Shown one piece after another: positions 26,990-38,539 of a stretch of 64,000 bases of DNA (positions are counted from its first letter, which is position 1; each line of letters starts with the position of its first letter). Source of the stretch: Heptranchias perlo. Lineage: Eukaryota. Made by a program: the position numbers and the translations under genes. The notes under the pieces were generated by a model. The model ran no database searches and was not told the DNA's origin. It worked only from the letters and a program-made list of their open reading frames with translations. The stretch lies in NCBI RefSeq assembly GCF_035084215.1, contig NC_090340.1, positions 3,100,001-3,164,000 on the forward strand. The letters run 5' to 3'.

Positions 26990-29100
26990 ATGTCGTTGCA
27001 GTGTAGGTTGCTGCACTAATCAGAGAAAACATAATGGCAATAGAAAAAAGGGTCATAAGTAACATTAAAATAGAACCCGAATCCTTATCGTTTGAGACAA
27101 AGCATGTGAATTGATCGATCACGCTAATATGTATATTCTCACTATTGGTGTAATATACATATTAGTTGAAGGGAACTGAGTTGAAATATTTAGACATATC
27201 TATGAACAGATTAATAAACATCGAATCATAAACATGAGAGTTTCCAATTGCCCACAAACAACTGGCAAGAAGAGGCTGGGAAAGAGAAAAGAGAATGGAA
27301 TTTTTATAGTGCGTACAGGACTCCTTTCTTACTCACTATGTGAGTAATCCAACATGAGAGTAAAAACTGTTGGACTTAGCAATGGGAAATGAAGCAGAAC
27401 AGATAAGAGAAGTAAGCATAGGGGAACAACTAGGCAATAGCGATCCTAACATAACAAGTTTTAAACTAATTTTTGAGAAAGATATAAGTAAGACAAAGAC
27501 CAAAGTAATAATTTGGAAATAATCTCATTTTGAGGCATTGAGAATGCAACTGGGGCAGGTAAACTTGAAAGAAAACGCTGACAGACAAAAAGATAGAACA
27601 GCAGTGGGTAATATTTTAAACGGTGATCAGTAAATTTCTGGAGAAATATATTCCTCTAGAAAGCTAGAACAATATATCCAATAATGAAACACCATGGATG
27701 AATAAAGAGATAAGGGTAAAATTGAAACATAAGTAATGGACATAATCTAAGTATGTAGGCAATAAAGGAAAGGATGACAAAAGGGAATACGAAGAGGTTA
27801 TGAAGGAAGTAAAAAAAACAATTTGGAAAGCAAAGAGAAACCATGAGATTAAATTATCAAGGAATCTAAAAAGAAATCGTAAAGTATTCGATAGAAACAT
27901 AAATAACAAAAGAAAAATCAGAATGTGGATAGGGCCAATAAAGAATGCACAAAGTAAACTCACAGGTAACAACAGCGAAATGACGGAAATAATGATTTTT
28001 TTTTGCCTCCGTATTTACCATGGAGGCTAACAAGGTGGACAGGATATTAGAAGAAGAAATCCAAAAAGGTATTAAAACTGGTCCGGATGAATGTCGTCTG
28101 TGAATGTTAAAAGAAGTTAGGGAGGAGATAGCACAGGCACTATTATATAGTTTCATTAGGAAAGGGAACAGTGCCAGAGGACCGGCAGACAGCTAATGTT
28201 AATCCTATCTTTAAAAGTTGAGATTGAACAAGTCCAGGGAGCTACATACCAGTTAGCTTCACATCGGTGGGAGGAAAATAATGGAATCTGCACTCAAAGA
28301 TGTTAGAGAAAGATATCTAGAGAACGAAAATGTTGGAAAGGATAGGCAGCACGGATTACAGAACGAAGAATTATGCTGGACCAACCTTATTAAATTCTTT
28401 GAAGAAGTAACATGAATAGTAGACAAGGCTGATGCAGTAGATGTAATATATTTAGATTTCCAAAAGGCCTTCGATAAGCTCCAGCATTAATGGCTCATGA
28501 CTAGGGTCAGAGAATGTTGACCCAGGGGACAGGTAGCAGAATGGATAGCAAGTTGGCTACAAATCAGAAAAGAGAAGGTAGAGTTTAAGGGTACTACTCT
28601 GACTGGCAAAAGGTGGCATGTAGTTTTCCACATGGACCGGTGCTGGGAACACTGTTGTTCACAATTTACATTAACGATTTGGATTCGGGAATCGGAAATA
28701 AAAATTTCACAATTTGCAGAAGACACCAAATAGGGGTGTGTGGTTAGTACAAAGGAAGAATGAATCAAAATGCCAGAGGACATCAATAAACTTGCAGAAT
28801 GGGCGTGTAATTGGCAAATTCATTTCAATATAGGTAAATGTGAAGTGGTGTATTTTGGTCAGAAGAATAAGGAGCCCACATAGTACTTGGGTAATATGAG
28901 TCTAAATGTGATAGAGGAGCTAAGGGAGCTAGGGGTTCAGAGACACAACTCACAAAAAGTAGCAACGCAGGTTGGTAAAGCCATAAAAAGGCAAATCGAG
29001 TACCAGGATTCATTTCTGGAGGGATCGAATTGAAAAGCACAGAAGTTATGATAAACTTGTATCGAATCTTGGTTTGACCACTTTTGGAGTATTGTGCACA
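26990..29100 (+). mobile_element. Old CR1 LINE (endonuclease to RT), heavily decayed
   Basis: LGNSD-like, KAKRNHEIKLSRNLKRNRKVF, TTAGATTTCCAAAAGGCCTTCGATAAG, AATTTGCAGAAGACACCAAA motifs with many stops. Confidence 0.85.
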
Positions 29101-29984
29101 ATTCCAAAGATTCAAAACCCTCTGAGTGAAGAAATGGTTCCTCATCTCGGCGCTAAATGTCCAATCCCTTATCCTGAGACTATGCCCCCTAGTTCCAGGC
29201 TATCCAACCAGGGGAATCAACCTCCCAGCATCTACCCTGTATGTTCCTCTAAGAATTGTACACGTTACTTTGAGATCACCGCCCATTCTTCTAAACTCGA
29301 GAGAAAATAGGCTCATTCTACTCATTCTCTCCTTATAGAACAATCCTTTCATCCCAGGAATCAATCTAGCGAGCCTTCGTTGTACGACCTCGAAGGCAAG
29401 TATATATTTCTTTAGATAAGGAGACTAAAACAGTGCACGGTACTCCAGGTATGGTCGCACGAAAGCAGCAGGACCTCCTTACTCTTGTACTCTAAACCTC
29501 TTGCAATAAAGTCTAACATACAGCTTGCCTTCCTAGATGCTTGCTGTACCTGCATGTTAACTTTCTGTGATTCGTGTCCAAGGACACAAAAATCCCTTTG
29601 AACTTCAACATTACTTAGTCTCTCGCATTTTGAAAAATATTCTGCGTTTTTCTATTCTTCCCACCGAAGTGGATAATTTCATATTTCCTCACGTTACAAT
29701 TCATCTGCCACATTCTTGCCCACTCACTTAACCTGTCGATATCCCTTTGCAGCCTCTTTGCGTCCTCCTCACAGCTTACTTTCCCACCTAGCTTTGTATC
29801 GTGAGCAAACTTGAATGCATTATACTCGTTCCCTTCATCGAAGTCATTGGTATATTTTGTAAACAGCTGAGGCCGAAGCACTGATCCTTGCAGCACCCCA
29901 TTCGTTACAACCTGCAAATCCGAAATTGACCCGTTTATCCCGACACTCCATTTTCTGTTCGTTAAGCAATCGTCAATCCATGCT
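29100..29984 (-). mobile_element. CR1 family A fragment
   Basis: Minus ORF 29615-29917 (GVLQGSVLRPQLF..KFAHD). Confidence 0.85.
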
Positions 29985-30137
29985 AGATAAGCACATGAAG
30001 GAAAATAGAATAGACGGTTATCATGATAGGGTTAGATGAAGTAGGATGGGGGTGTTTCCTGTGGAGCAAAAATGCCGGTATGGAGCAGTTGGACCGAATG
30101 GCCTGTTTCTGTGCTGCAGTTTCGATGTAACTCGATG
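29985..30137 (+). mobile_element. Short CR1 3' tail fragment
   Basis: GTTGGACCGAATGGCCTGTTTCTGTGCTG terminus. Confidence 0.7.
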
Positions 30138-30371
30138 GAAGTACTGACTGCAAAAAGTAGCCCTGGTCTCCTATGAGTGAACTGTTAATTTTCTGGTCGA
30201 CTTCAAACACGGTAGACTGCTGCTGAGTGAAACATAAAGGGCGCTTTCTTGATAACGGACATGAACATACAGCGTTTATATTTCTATTTTCGGAAACCAC
30301 CCATTCCCTTTTCATGCATGTTGTGTGAATCCATGACTGCCCTAAATGTCAAAGTGACATTTTACAGTTTA

Positions 30372-30700
30372 CAGCTGAGTGGCTTGCTCGGCCATCTCCA
30401 AGGACCGTTAAAAATCAAGCATATTGCTGTGGGTCTGGTGTCACATTTTGGCCAAACCGGGCAAAGACGGCAGCTTTCCTTCTCGAAAGACATTAATGAA
30501 CCAGATGGGACTTTTACGACAATCCGGTAGGTTCCCAGCTACCTTTACTGATACTAGCATTTTAATTCCAGATTTTATTTCATTAATTGAATTTAAATTC
30601 CCCAGCTGCCTTGGCGGGATTTGAATTGATGACCCCGGATTAATTAGTCTAGGTCTCGGGATTAATTGTCCAGTAACATAACCACTATGACACCGTACCC
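30372..30700 (-). mobile_element. tRNA-derived SINE (same family as 57740-58150)
   Basis: Reverse complement reads tRNA-like head (TAGTGGTTATGTTACTGGAC..TTCAAATCCC), then CCCATCTGGTTCATTAATGTC..CTGCCGTC..CAGACCCACAGCAATATG. Confidence 0.75.
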
Positions 30701-30714
30701 AATGTAAGGTCGAT

Positions 30715-31515
30715 AGTTGTAGACTTCAGGAGGACATAGATAAAGTGGTGAAATGGGCAAGCATATAGCAGATGAAATTTAACACAGAGCAGTGAAAGTG
30801 ATGCATTTTGGAAATAAGAACGAGCAGAGGCAATATGAACTACAAGGTACAATGTTAAAGGGGGTGAAGGAACAGAGAGACCGGGGGATTGAAGGTGGCA
30901 AGACAAGTTGATAAAGCTTTGGGCTTTATAAACAGAGGCATAGAGAACAAAGCAAGGAAGTTATGCTAAACCTTTACACAACACTTGTCGCCTCAGCTGG
31001 AGAATTCTGTCCAATTTTGGACACCACAATTTACGAAGGATATCAAGATCTTCGAGTGGGTGGGGAGTAGAGATACTCGAATGGCACCAGGGATGAGGGA
31101 CTTCAGTTATGAAGAGAAATTAGAGAAGAAATGGTTAAGGGGAGAATTATGAGAAGTGTTGGAAATTATGAAGCGTTTTGGTCGTGTAGTTAGGGCGAAA
31201 CTGTTTCCACTGACAGCAGGGACAATAATCAAAAGGCACAGATTTCAGATAATTGACAAAAGCGCCAAGGGTGAGGAGGAGATTTTTTTTTACACAGCTA
31301 TATGTTATGATCCGGAATGCACTGCCTGAAAGCGTGGAAGCAGATTGAATAGTAAATTTCAAAAGGGAATTGAATATATAATTAAAACGGGAAGAAAATG
31401 CAAGGCTATGTGGAAAGTGAAGGGGAGCGAGATTAATTGGATCGCTCTTTTAAAGAGCCGGATTAGAAAGTTTGAGCCGAATGTTCTTCTTCTGTGATGC
31501 ACGATTCTATGATAC
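30715..31515 (+). mobile_element. CR1 LINE 3' fragment
   Basis: GCAGATGAAATTTAA..GATGCATTTTGG, GGAATGCACTGCCTGAAAG, GATTCTATGATACTATG tail. Confidence 0.8.
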
Positions 31516-32512
31516 TATGCAAGGATAGTCTGAGCAACTGTACACATTAGCTTTGCATTGGAGAAGGTTTTGAGCTATATTTCAAGACGATAAAGAATTC
31601 TATTTACGCCACCCTAAACCATTTCACATCGGACTCTAGCAGCCTCCAGACAAAGAAGACTTCAATCTCACCCACGTGAGGCGCGTCGGAACCCAGGTCA
31701 CAAAGGGGAATGAACCGTGACCAAATCACTGCGCTACTCCGGCTCCTGGATCAGTTATAGTGATTTTACAGTAGGGTATCCAATGCCCAGTGCTGCACTG
31801 TGAATAACTTGTATCATTACGTTAATTAAAAACAAAAAAAACGACCTAAATATCGATTGAACCTGGGTATCGATTCTCCACACAGGGCGACAACTGCTTC
31901 AGCTAGCTCTTGGAGGTAAAGAACTGAGCCTTTCTAGTATGCATGTCGCAGACTTAAAATGCTATCTAGTTTTAACCGGCTTACAATCCGGATCCTGATT
32001 GAGGAAAACATGTTCCGAAAGCAGCGTTTTCAGGAACGTGAAAGCTCTCATACAACGTTGCGGGTCTCTCAGAGTAGCGCAGTGGGCTGAGAGACGCCTG
32101 CCTCTTTCCGTAGTCTCCATGTATAGAGAGAAAGTGAATGGGTTGATGTGGATGGAATTGTGACGTAAATAAGAAGCATCGCAGTCAATGAGGGGAATAG
32201 CGATAGGAGTGCGAGCGGAGAAAGTGATAGGATAAAAAGAGAGAGAGAACGAACTGACGGAGGAGATTACTGCCCAAATGAAGCAAGGGAAAGAAGCGAA
32301 GAATGTCGAATTGACAGCTTCATCACCTAGACTACATGAAGCTCAAAAAGTTTGATTACAGGATGAGGAATTAAACTGGTTCTCTGACCAAGACGTGACT
32401 AACTCGCTACTTGTTAACCGATGGGATCTGAGCCTCCATCGAAGACTCAGAAATGTGGTCCCGAATAGAAACAGGGCGACGACAGCTTTGCAAGGATCAG
32501 CGCAATATAAAA

Positions 32513-33073
32513 TGTTTTGTTTATTCGTTCATGGGATGTGGGTGTCGCTGCCGAGGACAGAATTTATTGCCCATCCCTAATTGCTCTTGAGAAGGTGGTG
32601 GTGAGCCGCCTTCTTGAACCGCTGCATTCCGTGCGGTGAAGGTTCTCCCACAGTGCTGTTAGGTGGGGAGTTCCAGGTTTTTGACCCAGCGACGACGAAG
32701 GGACGGCGATATATTTCCAAGTCGGGATGATGTGTGACTTGGAGGGGAACGTGCAGATGGTGTTGTTCCCATGTGCCGGCTGCTCTTGTCCTTCTAGGTG
32801 GTAGAGGTTGCAGGTTTGGGAGGTGCTGTCTGAGAAGCCTTGGCGAGTTTTTGCAGTGCATCCTGTGGATGGTACACACTGCAGCCACAGTGCGCTGGTG
32901 GTGAATAGAGTGAATGTTTAGGGTGGTGGATGGGGAACCAATCAAGCTGGCTGCTTTGTCCTGGATGGTGTCGAGCTTCTTGAGTGTTGATGGAGCTGCA
33001 CTCATTCAGGCAAGTGGGGAGTATTCCATCACACTCCTGACTTGTGCCTTGTAGATGGTGGAAAGGCTTTGGA
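32513..33073 (-). mobile_element. LINE family B 3' part
   Basis: Minus ORF 32577-33005 (..RFKKAAHHHLLKSN) and family B tail. Confidence 0.92.
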
Positions 33074-33559
33074 GATCATACAAGATAGAATCATAGAGCA
33101 TACAAGGAGGCCATTCGACCCATCGTGGCTGAGCTGGCTCTGAAAGAGCTATCGAATTAGTACCACTCCCTCATTCTTTCTCCATTACCCTGCAGAGTTT
33201 TCATTTTCAAACATATATCTAATTATCTTTTGAAATATATATCGAATGTGCTTCAACCGTTTCAGACAGTATATTCCTGATCATAATAACTCGCTACATG
33301 AAACAAATTCTTCCCATCTCTTGTCAGACTATATTGTCCTGACAACAACTGGTTATAATATTGTACTACTACAGTATGGTAGTGTTTTTTTTTTATTTGA
33401 ACAAAAGCAAGGATTAATACATGCAAGTATTTAAGCAAGTAATTTTCAAAGAACAAGGAATCATATTACTCCATTGTCCTTTGGGTGGACATAGTAACTT
33501 AGTCACTGCCACGAATCCGGCCTTCTTCCTTCATGCTAAGCTGTCTTCCTTCTCTACAA

Positions 33560-34801
33560 TTGTCTGGCGCGTATATTACTTGCCACCTATGAGCCCAAGC
33601 CTGGATGTCGTCCAGGTGTTGCTGCATGCGGGCTCGGACTGTTTCATTATCTGAGGGGTTGTGAATGGAACTGAACATTGTGCAATCATCAGCTAACATC
33701 CCATTTCTGACCGTTTGGTGGAGGAAGGTTATTGGTGAAGCAGCTGATGTTGGTTGGACCAAGAACACTGCTGCAGCAATGTCCTGGGGCTGTGATGATT
33801 GACCTCCAGCAACCATTACCATCTTACTTTGTGCTAGGTATGACTCCAGCCACTGGAGATTTTTCCCATTGTTTCCCATTACCTTCAATTTTACTAGGGC
33901 TCCTTGGTGCCACACTCGGTCAAATGCTACATTGATGTCAAGCGCAGTCACTCTCACCTCACCTCTGGAATTCAGTTCTTTTGACAATGTTTGGACCAAG
34001 TCCGTAATGAGATCTGGAGCTGAGTGGTCCTGGCGGAACCCAAACTGAGCATCGGTGAAAAGGTTATTGGTGATTAAGTGCCGCTTGATAGCACTGTTGA
34101 TGACACCTTCCATCACTTTGCTGATGATTGAGAGTAGGCTGATGGGGCGGTAATTGGCCTGATTGGATTTGTCCTCCTTCTTGTGGACAGGACACACCTG
34201 GGCAATTTTCAACATTGTCATTCTCGGCAAAAATGTGCCAATATTGGTGATTAGCCGGGACAGTGAAAAAGCAGACAATAACAGAGATGCATGTTAAACA
34301 GCGGAAGCAACATCTATAGACCGAGCGAAGCGATTCGATTGTCAACAATGTTGTAGCTGTACTGAAACAGTTTGGCTGGAGGCACGGCTAGTTCTGGAGC
34401 GCAAGTCTTCAGCACTGCAGCCGGGATCTTTTCGAGGCCCATAGCCTTCGTTGCATCCAGTGCACTCAGCCGTTTCTTGGAGTGGAGTGAATCGAATTGG
34501 CTGAAGGCTGGCTTCTGTGATGGCGGGGATATCGGGAGGAGACCGAGATGTGACATCCACTCGGCTCTTCTAGCTGAAGATAGTTGCAAACGATTCAGAG
34601 TTGTCTTTTGCACTCACTTGCTGGGGTCTGCCATCATTGAGGATGGAGATGTTCATGCAGCCTGCTCCTCCCTTTAGTTGCTTAATTGTGCGCCACCATT
34701 GACGACTGGATTTGGCAGGACTGCAGAGCTTTGATCTGATCTATTCGTTATCGAATCGCTTAGCTCGGTCTATAGATGTCGCTTCCGCTGTTTAGCATGC
34801 A
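33560..34801 (-). mobile_element. LINE family B RT segment (probably the same insertion as 32513-33073)
   Basis: Minus ORFs 33499-34278 (NYRPISLLS, FDRVWHQG, LADD) and 34342-34560. Confidence 0.9.
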
Positions 34802-34868
34802 TCTCTGTTATTGTCTGCTTTTTCACTGTCCCGGCTAATCTCCAATATTGGCATTTTTGCCGAGAATG
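34219..34868. repeat. ~120-bp inverted repeat pair (34219-34339 and 34750-34868)
   Basis: CATTCTCGGCAAAAATG...GCGATTCGAT vs ATCGAATCGC...CATTTTTGCCGAGAATG. Confidence 0.92.
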
Positions 34869-34974
34869 CGTTGCCTTCCACACACTATGTGGAATGGGAC
34901 CGATCTATCTGCTAATTCCGGTTTGTCCATTGACCCTGCTAATTTCCATTATCTGTTAATGACCTCAGGATGTG

Positions 34975-35098
34975 ATCAACTGTTCTTGAAAGCAACTTTA
35001 ATTTCTTCATTCTAGTTGTGGAAAAATACTGACTCTGTTAGAAAAGCAGTAAAAACTGGATAGACGATTGAATAAATGTAATAACTTAAACTAAAATA
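34975..35098 (-). repeat. Candidate 3' LTR remnant of the ERV (direct repeat of 48478-48625)
   Basis: CTGTTCTTGAAAGCAACTTTAATT..GTGGAAAAATACTGACTCTGTTAGAAAA..GGATAGA..GAATAAA..TAACTTAAACTAAA matches 48478-48625 with ~20-25% divergence by eye. Confidence 0.5.
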
Positions 35099-35104
35099 AG
35101 GGGC

Positions 35105-35946
35105 TTACAATTTTTAAGCACCTCATCTAACCTGTCCTCCCCCCTTCAGGGATTTGTGGACATACACTCCAAATTCTCTTTGTTCCTCTACATCTTTCAG
35201 CATCCTCCCATTTATTGTGTACTCCCTTGCCTTGTTTGCCCTCCCCAAATACATTAGCTCACACTTCTCTGGATTAAATTCCATTTGCCACTTTTCTGCG
35301 CACCTGACCAGTCCATTGATATCTTCCTGCAGTCTAAGCTTTCATCCTCACTATCAACTGCACGGCCATGTTTTGTATTATCTGAAAACTTCCTGATCAA
35401 ACGCAACACATTCAAGTCCAAATCATTAATATATAACACAAAAAGCAAGGTACCTAGTACTTAGCCTTGCAGAACCCAACTGGAAACAGCCTTCTAGTCG
35501 CCAAAACACCATTACCCTTTGCTTACTGCTACTGAGCCAATTTTGATCCAACCAGTCACTTTACCTTGGATCCCATGGGCTTTTATCTTTTGACCAGTCT
35601 GCCATGTGGGGCCTTGTCAAAGGCCTTTCGAAAATCGATCTACACTATGCGTTACCTTCATTGACCCTCCTTGTTACCTGCTCAAAAATTCATTCAAGTT
35701 AGTCAGACACGACCTTCTCTTAACAAATCCATGCTGACTCTTCTTGATTAAACCATGACTTTCTAAATGACGATTTATGCTTTCCCTCAGAATCGATTCC
35801 AATAAGTTGCCCACCGAGGTTAGACTGATTGGCCTATAATTACTCGGTCTATCTCTTTCTCCCCTTTTGAAAAAACAGTGCAACGTTAGCCGCCCTTCAA
35901 TCCGATGGCACCACGCCTCTAGCCAGGGAGGATTGGAAAATGATGG
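35105..35946 (-). mobile_element. CR1 fragment
   Basis: Minus ORFs 35254-35448 and 35674-35883 (NYRPISLTSVG..SQHGFVK). Confidence 0.85.
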
Positions 35947-36039
35947 TTATCATTCACCTCGCCGTAATAACTGTGGATAGGAGTGCTCGCTTCCCAAGTC
36001 TATTCGTAACCTAATTTCCGTAGCCAATTTGTTGATCGG

Positions 36040-38505
36040 TTAATGCACCGTCCTCAGCCAACAGCACAACGAAAGCATTAAGACAACCAACACTATTGGT
36101 CCAATCAGCAAGACAACGATGAGATGTAACAGTAAATTAATTATCCCAGTAGCAGAGCTAGATCATCCAAAGAATAGCCCGCACCAATGGTGTTACGTTT
36201 GGGTCTTAACGCGCTCAAGAACCTTCTGGATATGTCTTCCATCATGATGGACAGTTACGACCGTCGCCTTAGCATCACTTTCTACTGTATGCAATAGTTT
36301 CACTAACTCCTTATGCTGTAAAAGTTGTCGCAATAGTTCCAGGTTCATTCCCAATACGACAAGTTCTATGCGTTCATAAAAAGTATAATTCTGAATCATG
36401 AACTGTTGAGTACATGGTGGTGTAGCCATTTTAAAATCACATCCACCACCGCCCCCCCCCCCACCCCCCAACCATCGCAGTAATATTGCAAGCACATACA
36501 TTGTTCCCATTTGGGTATTCTAAGAACGCTTCATTAATTGTTGTACTTGAACAGGTGGTACGCAGACATATACCCCTTCCCTACATATACGACTTCAGAT
36601 TTTCTTCCCCTATCTTATTTATGATCAAAAATACCTGCCTCCTGTCCCATCTGGGGATAAAAAGGATCACCAGTCTCAAGTATACTTCATGAACAGGTAA
36701 ATCCAAGATCTCTTTCCTGTATGCATGCCTCCAGTGATATATGTCACATTTTGTTCTAATTAGACTTATTATAGGTTAAATGCTCGCATTGTTCAAAGTT
36801 AATACTTACCCTACAAGAGTGTTCAGGTTGACATCATATATGAAGTTTACCAATTGCCAACAAGTCTGCCATTTACGTTCAAACTCTGAGGCGCTATCTA
36901 ATATAATCCTTCGCATCTCTGGGGATAAAATTCCTTTTTCCCCATCCCTTTTCTTACCCATCACCACAATTTGTAGCCGTGCTTGGCCTTGTGTATGGGA
37001 AATTGCTAAGAATACATTCTCTTGATCCATACCTCGTGCTTCAACAAAAACTGATGATCTTTTTCATTCTCATGTTTCAAATCAAGGAACAGATGTGCTT
37101 GCATCCAGTGACCCATTGCCAATTTCTCTGAGGAGGTGAACAGGGGTTTTGCCATATCCCTTATTGAGTGCCATCTATTCTAATTTATTCGTCAATGTTT
37201 CCACATTCACACTATTCAAAACTCCGAGCGCAGCAACTGTTTCTCCCAATACTGCACCCAGGATATCACGTTTACCACGTGTATGCGATTTTTAAGATTG
37301 ATATTGCAACATCGGTTTTAATAAACGTGGTGCACATCGCTTTTATTGAGGAAATAATAGCTCCTTTTAGGGATATTACTATTTTCTTCAGGATCCTACT
37401 AGGATTCACCATTAATCCTTGTGGTGTATTCGCTTGTACCACATATGGTTGAAGCCATGTTACATTTGGTGTCATTGCTGGTAAAACGGGAAAATTCTGT
37501 AAAATTGGAAGAACATAAATAGTCCATAACCCACCCATTTCTGCTCTCATGCGGGCCTTATTTCCACCATTACAACACACATTTAACTGTACATGTAATG
37601 TGTTGTTACGCCATCCATAATCACGTTTATTCAGGCTCCCGAGGTAAGGATTTGTGCTGGAAGTATTACCTAATCTTTGTTGTACAATTCAAACTAAAAG
37701 TCAGAGCCTGACCATCTGGACTCATCGTGATGTTATAATTTGGCCCATTTAATTTCTTTAGTCCTACTTGACTATATCTTACTTCTATGCTAAGGTCGTT
37801 ATCGAGTTTTGCACACAAGGGGTTATTCCATATTACAAAATGACATTTATAATACACGGCTACTCAAACGTCAATACATAGTTCCCATACTTTTAAGTGC
37901 CATGTCCTCAACAATCCCGAATCTTTTGCCATGGCCACACCCTCGTCCCAGTAGAGGATATATTTAAATCAGATGGTGGAATATGTAAACGAAACGAACC
38001 GATTTGTGCTAAGTAACTTTGGGAAATTTAAGAATCTGTTTACAAAGTATTTCCAGAAAGAAGTAAAACCCTCTGAGTATGAGGTAGGAGATGTAGTTAT
38101 GGTTTTGAATTATGAGAAACGAGAACACGTATTTGAGCCGAAATAGGAAGAAGCCTCGCACCAGTAAACATCGTAAGCTGTGGTGTAGGTAGTTGATGGG
38201 TCAAAGACCAGTACTGAGCAATTTCTGGAATCCGAGTTTGACGCTGCCTGTCGACCGTTTCTTTTCTCCGAAGGCAGGGGCATATTGCCATGACAGGTCC
38301 AAATTCTAGAGGTGTTTTGCTTTTCATTATCTTTCAACGTTATTCCACCAACCTCGTGTGATGCCTCTTGTTAACAAATGATGATGGGCACCGGGGCAGT
38401 GTTGGTCTCAAAACTTCGTTGTGCCACATTAGACCAGAGGACATATTAAGTCTCCCAAATCCAGCCATGAATTACAACCCATAGACTCATGAATATCCGT
38501 AACAT
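36040..38505 (-). pseudogene. env: ERV env, class I fusion glycoprotein remnant
   Basis: Possible signal MLRIFMSLWVVIHG at 38505; furin site RGKR (37268-37279) followed by fusion peptide DILGAVLGETVAALGVLNSVNVETLTNKL; helical LELLRQLLQHKELVKLL; HHWCGLFFG*SSSATGIINLLLHLIVVLLIGPIVLVVLMLSLCCW membrane anchor at ~36060-36192. Confidence 0.85.
37960..38155 (+). repeat. Inverted copy of ERV integrase C-terminal region inserted in env
   Basis: Plus strand translates QMVEYVNETNRFVLSNFGKFKNLFTKYFQKEVKPSEYEVGDVVMVLNYEKREHVFEPK, matching minus-strand MVLNYGEREHVIEPKWKEPF at 41565-41657. Confidence 0.85.
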
Positions 38506-38539
38506 CTTTCTTCTCTTGGGTCAGTTAATTTGATTAAAA

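Noticed and set aside
36445-36470. Poly-Gly in ORF 36193-36510 and C-runs (also 49200-49230) as functional G-quadruplexes
   Set aside because: Simple homopolymer expansions in decayed sequence; no supporting context.
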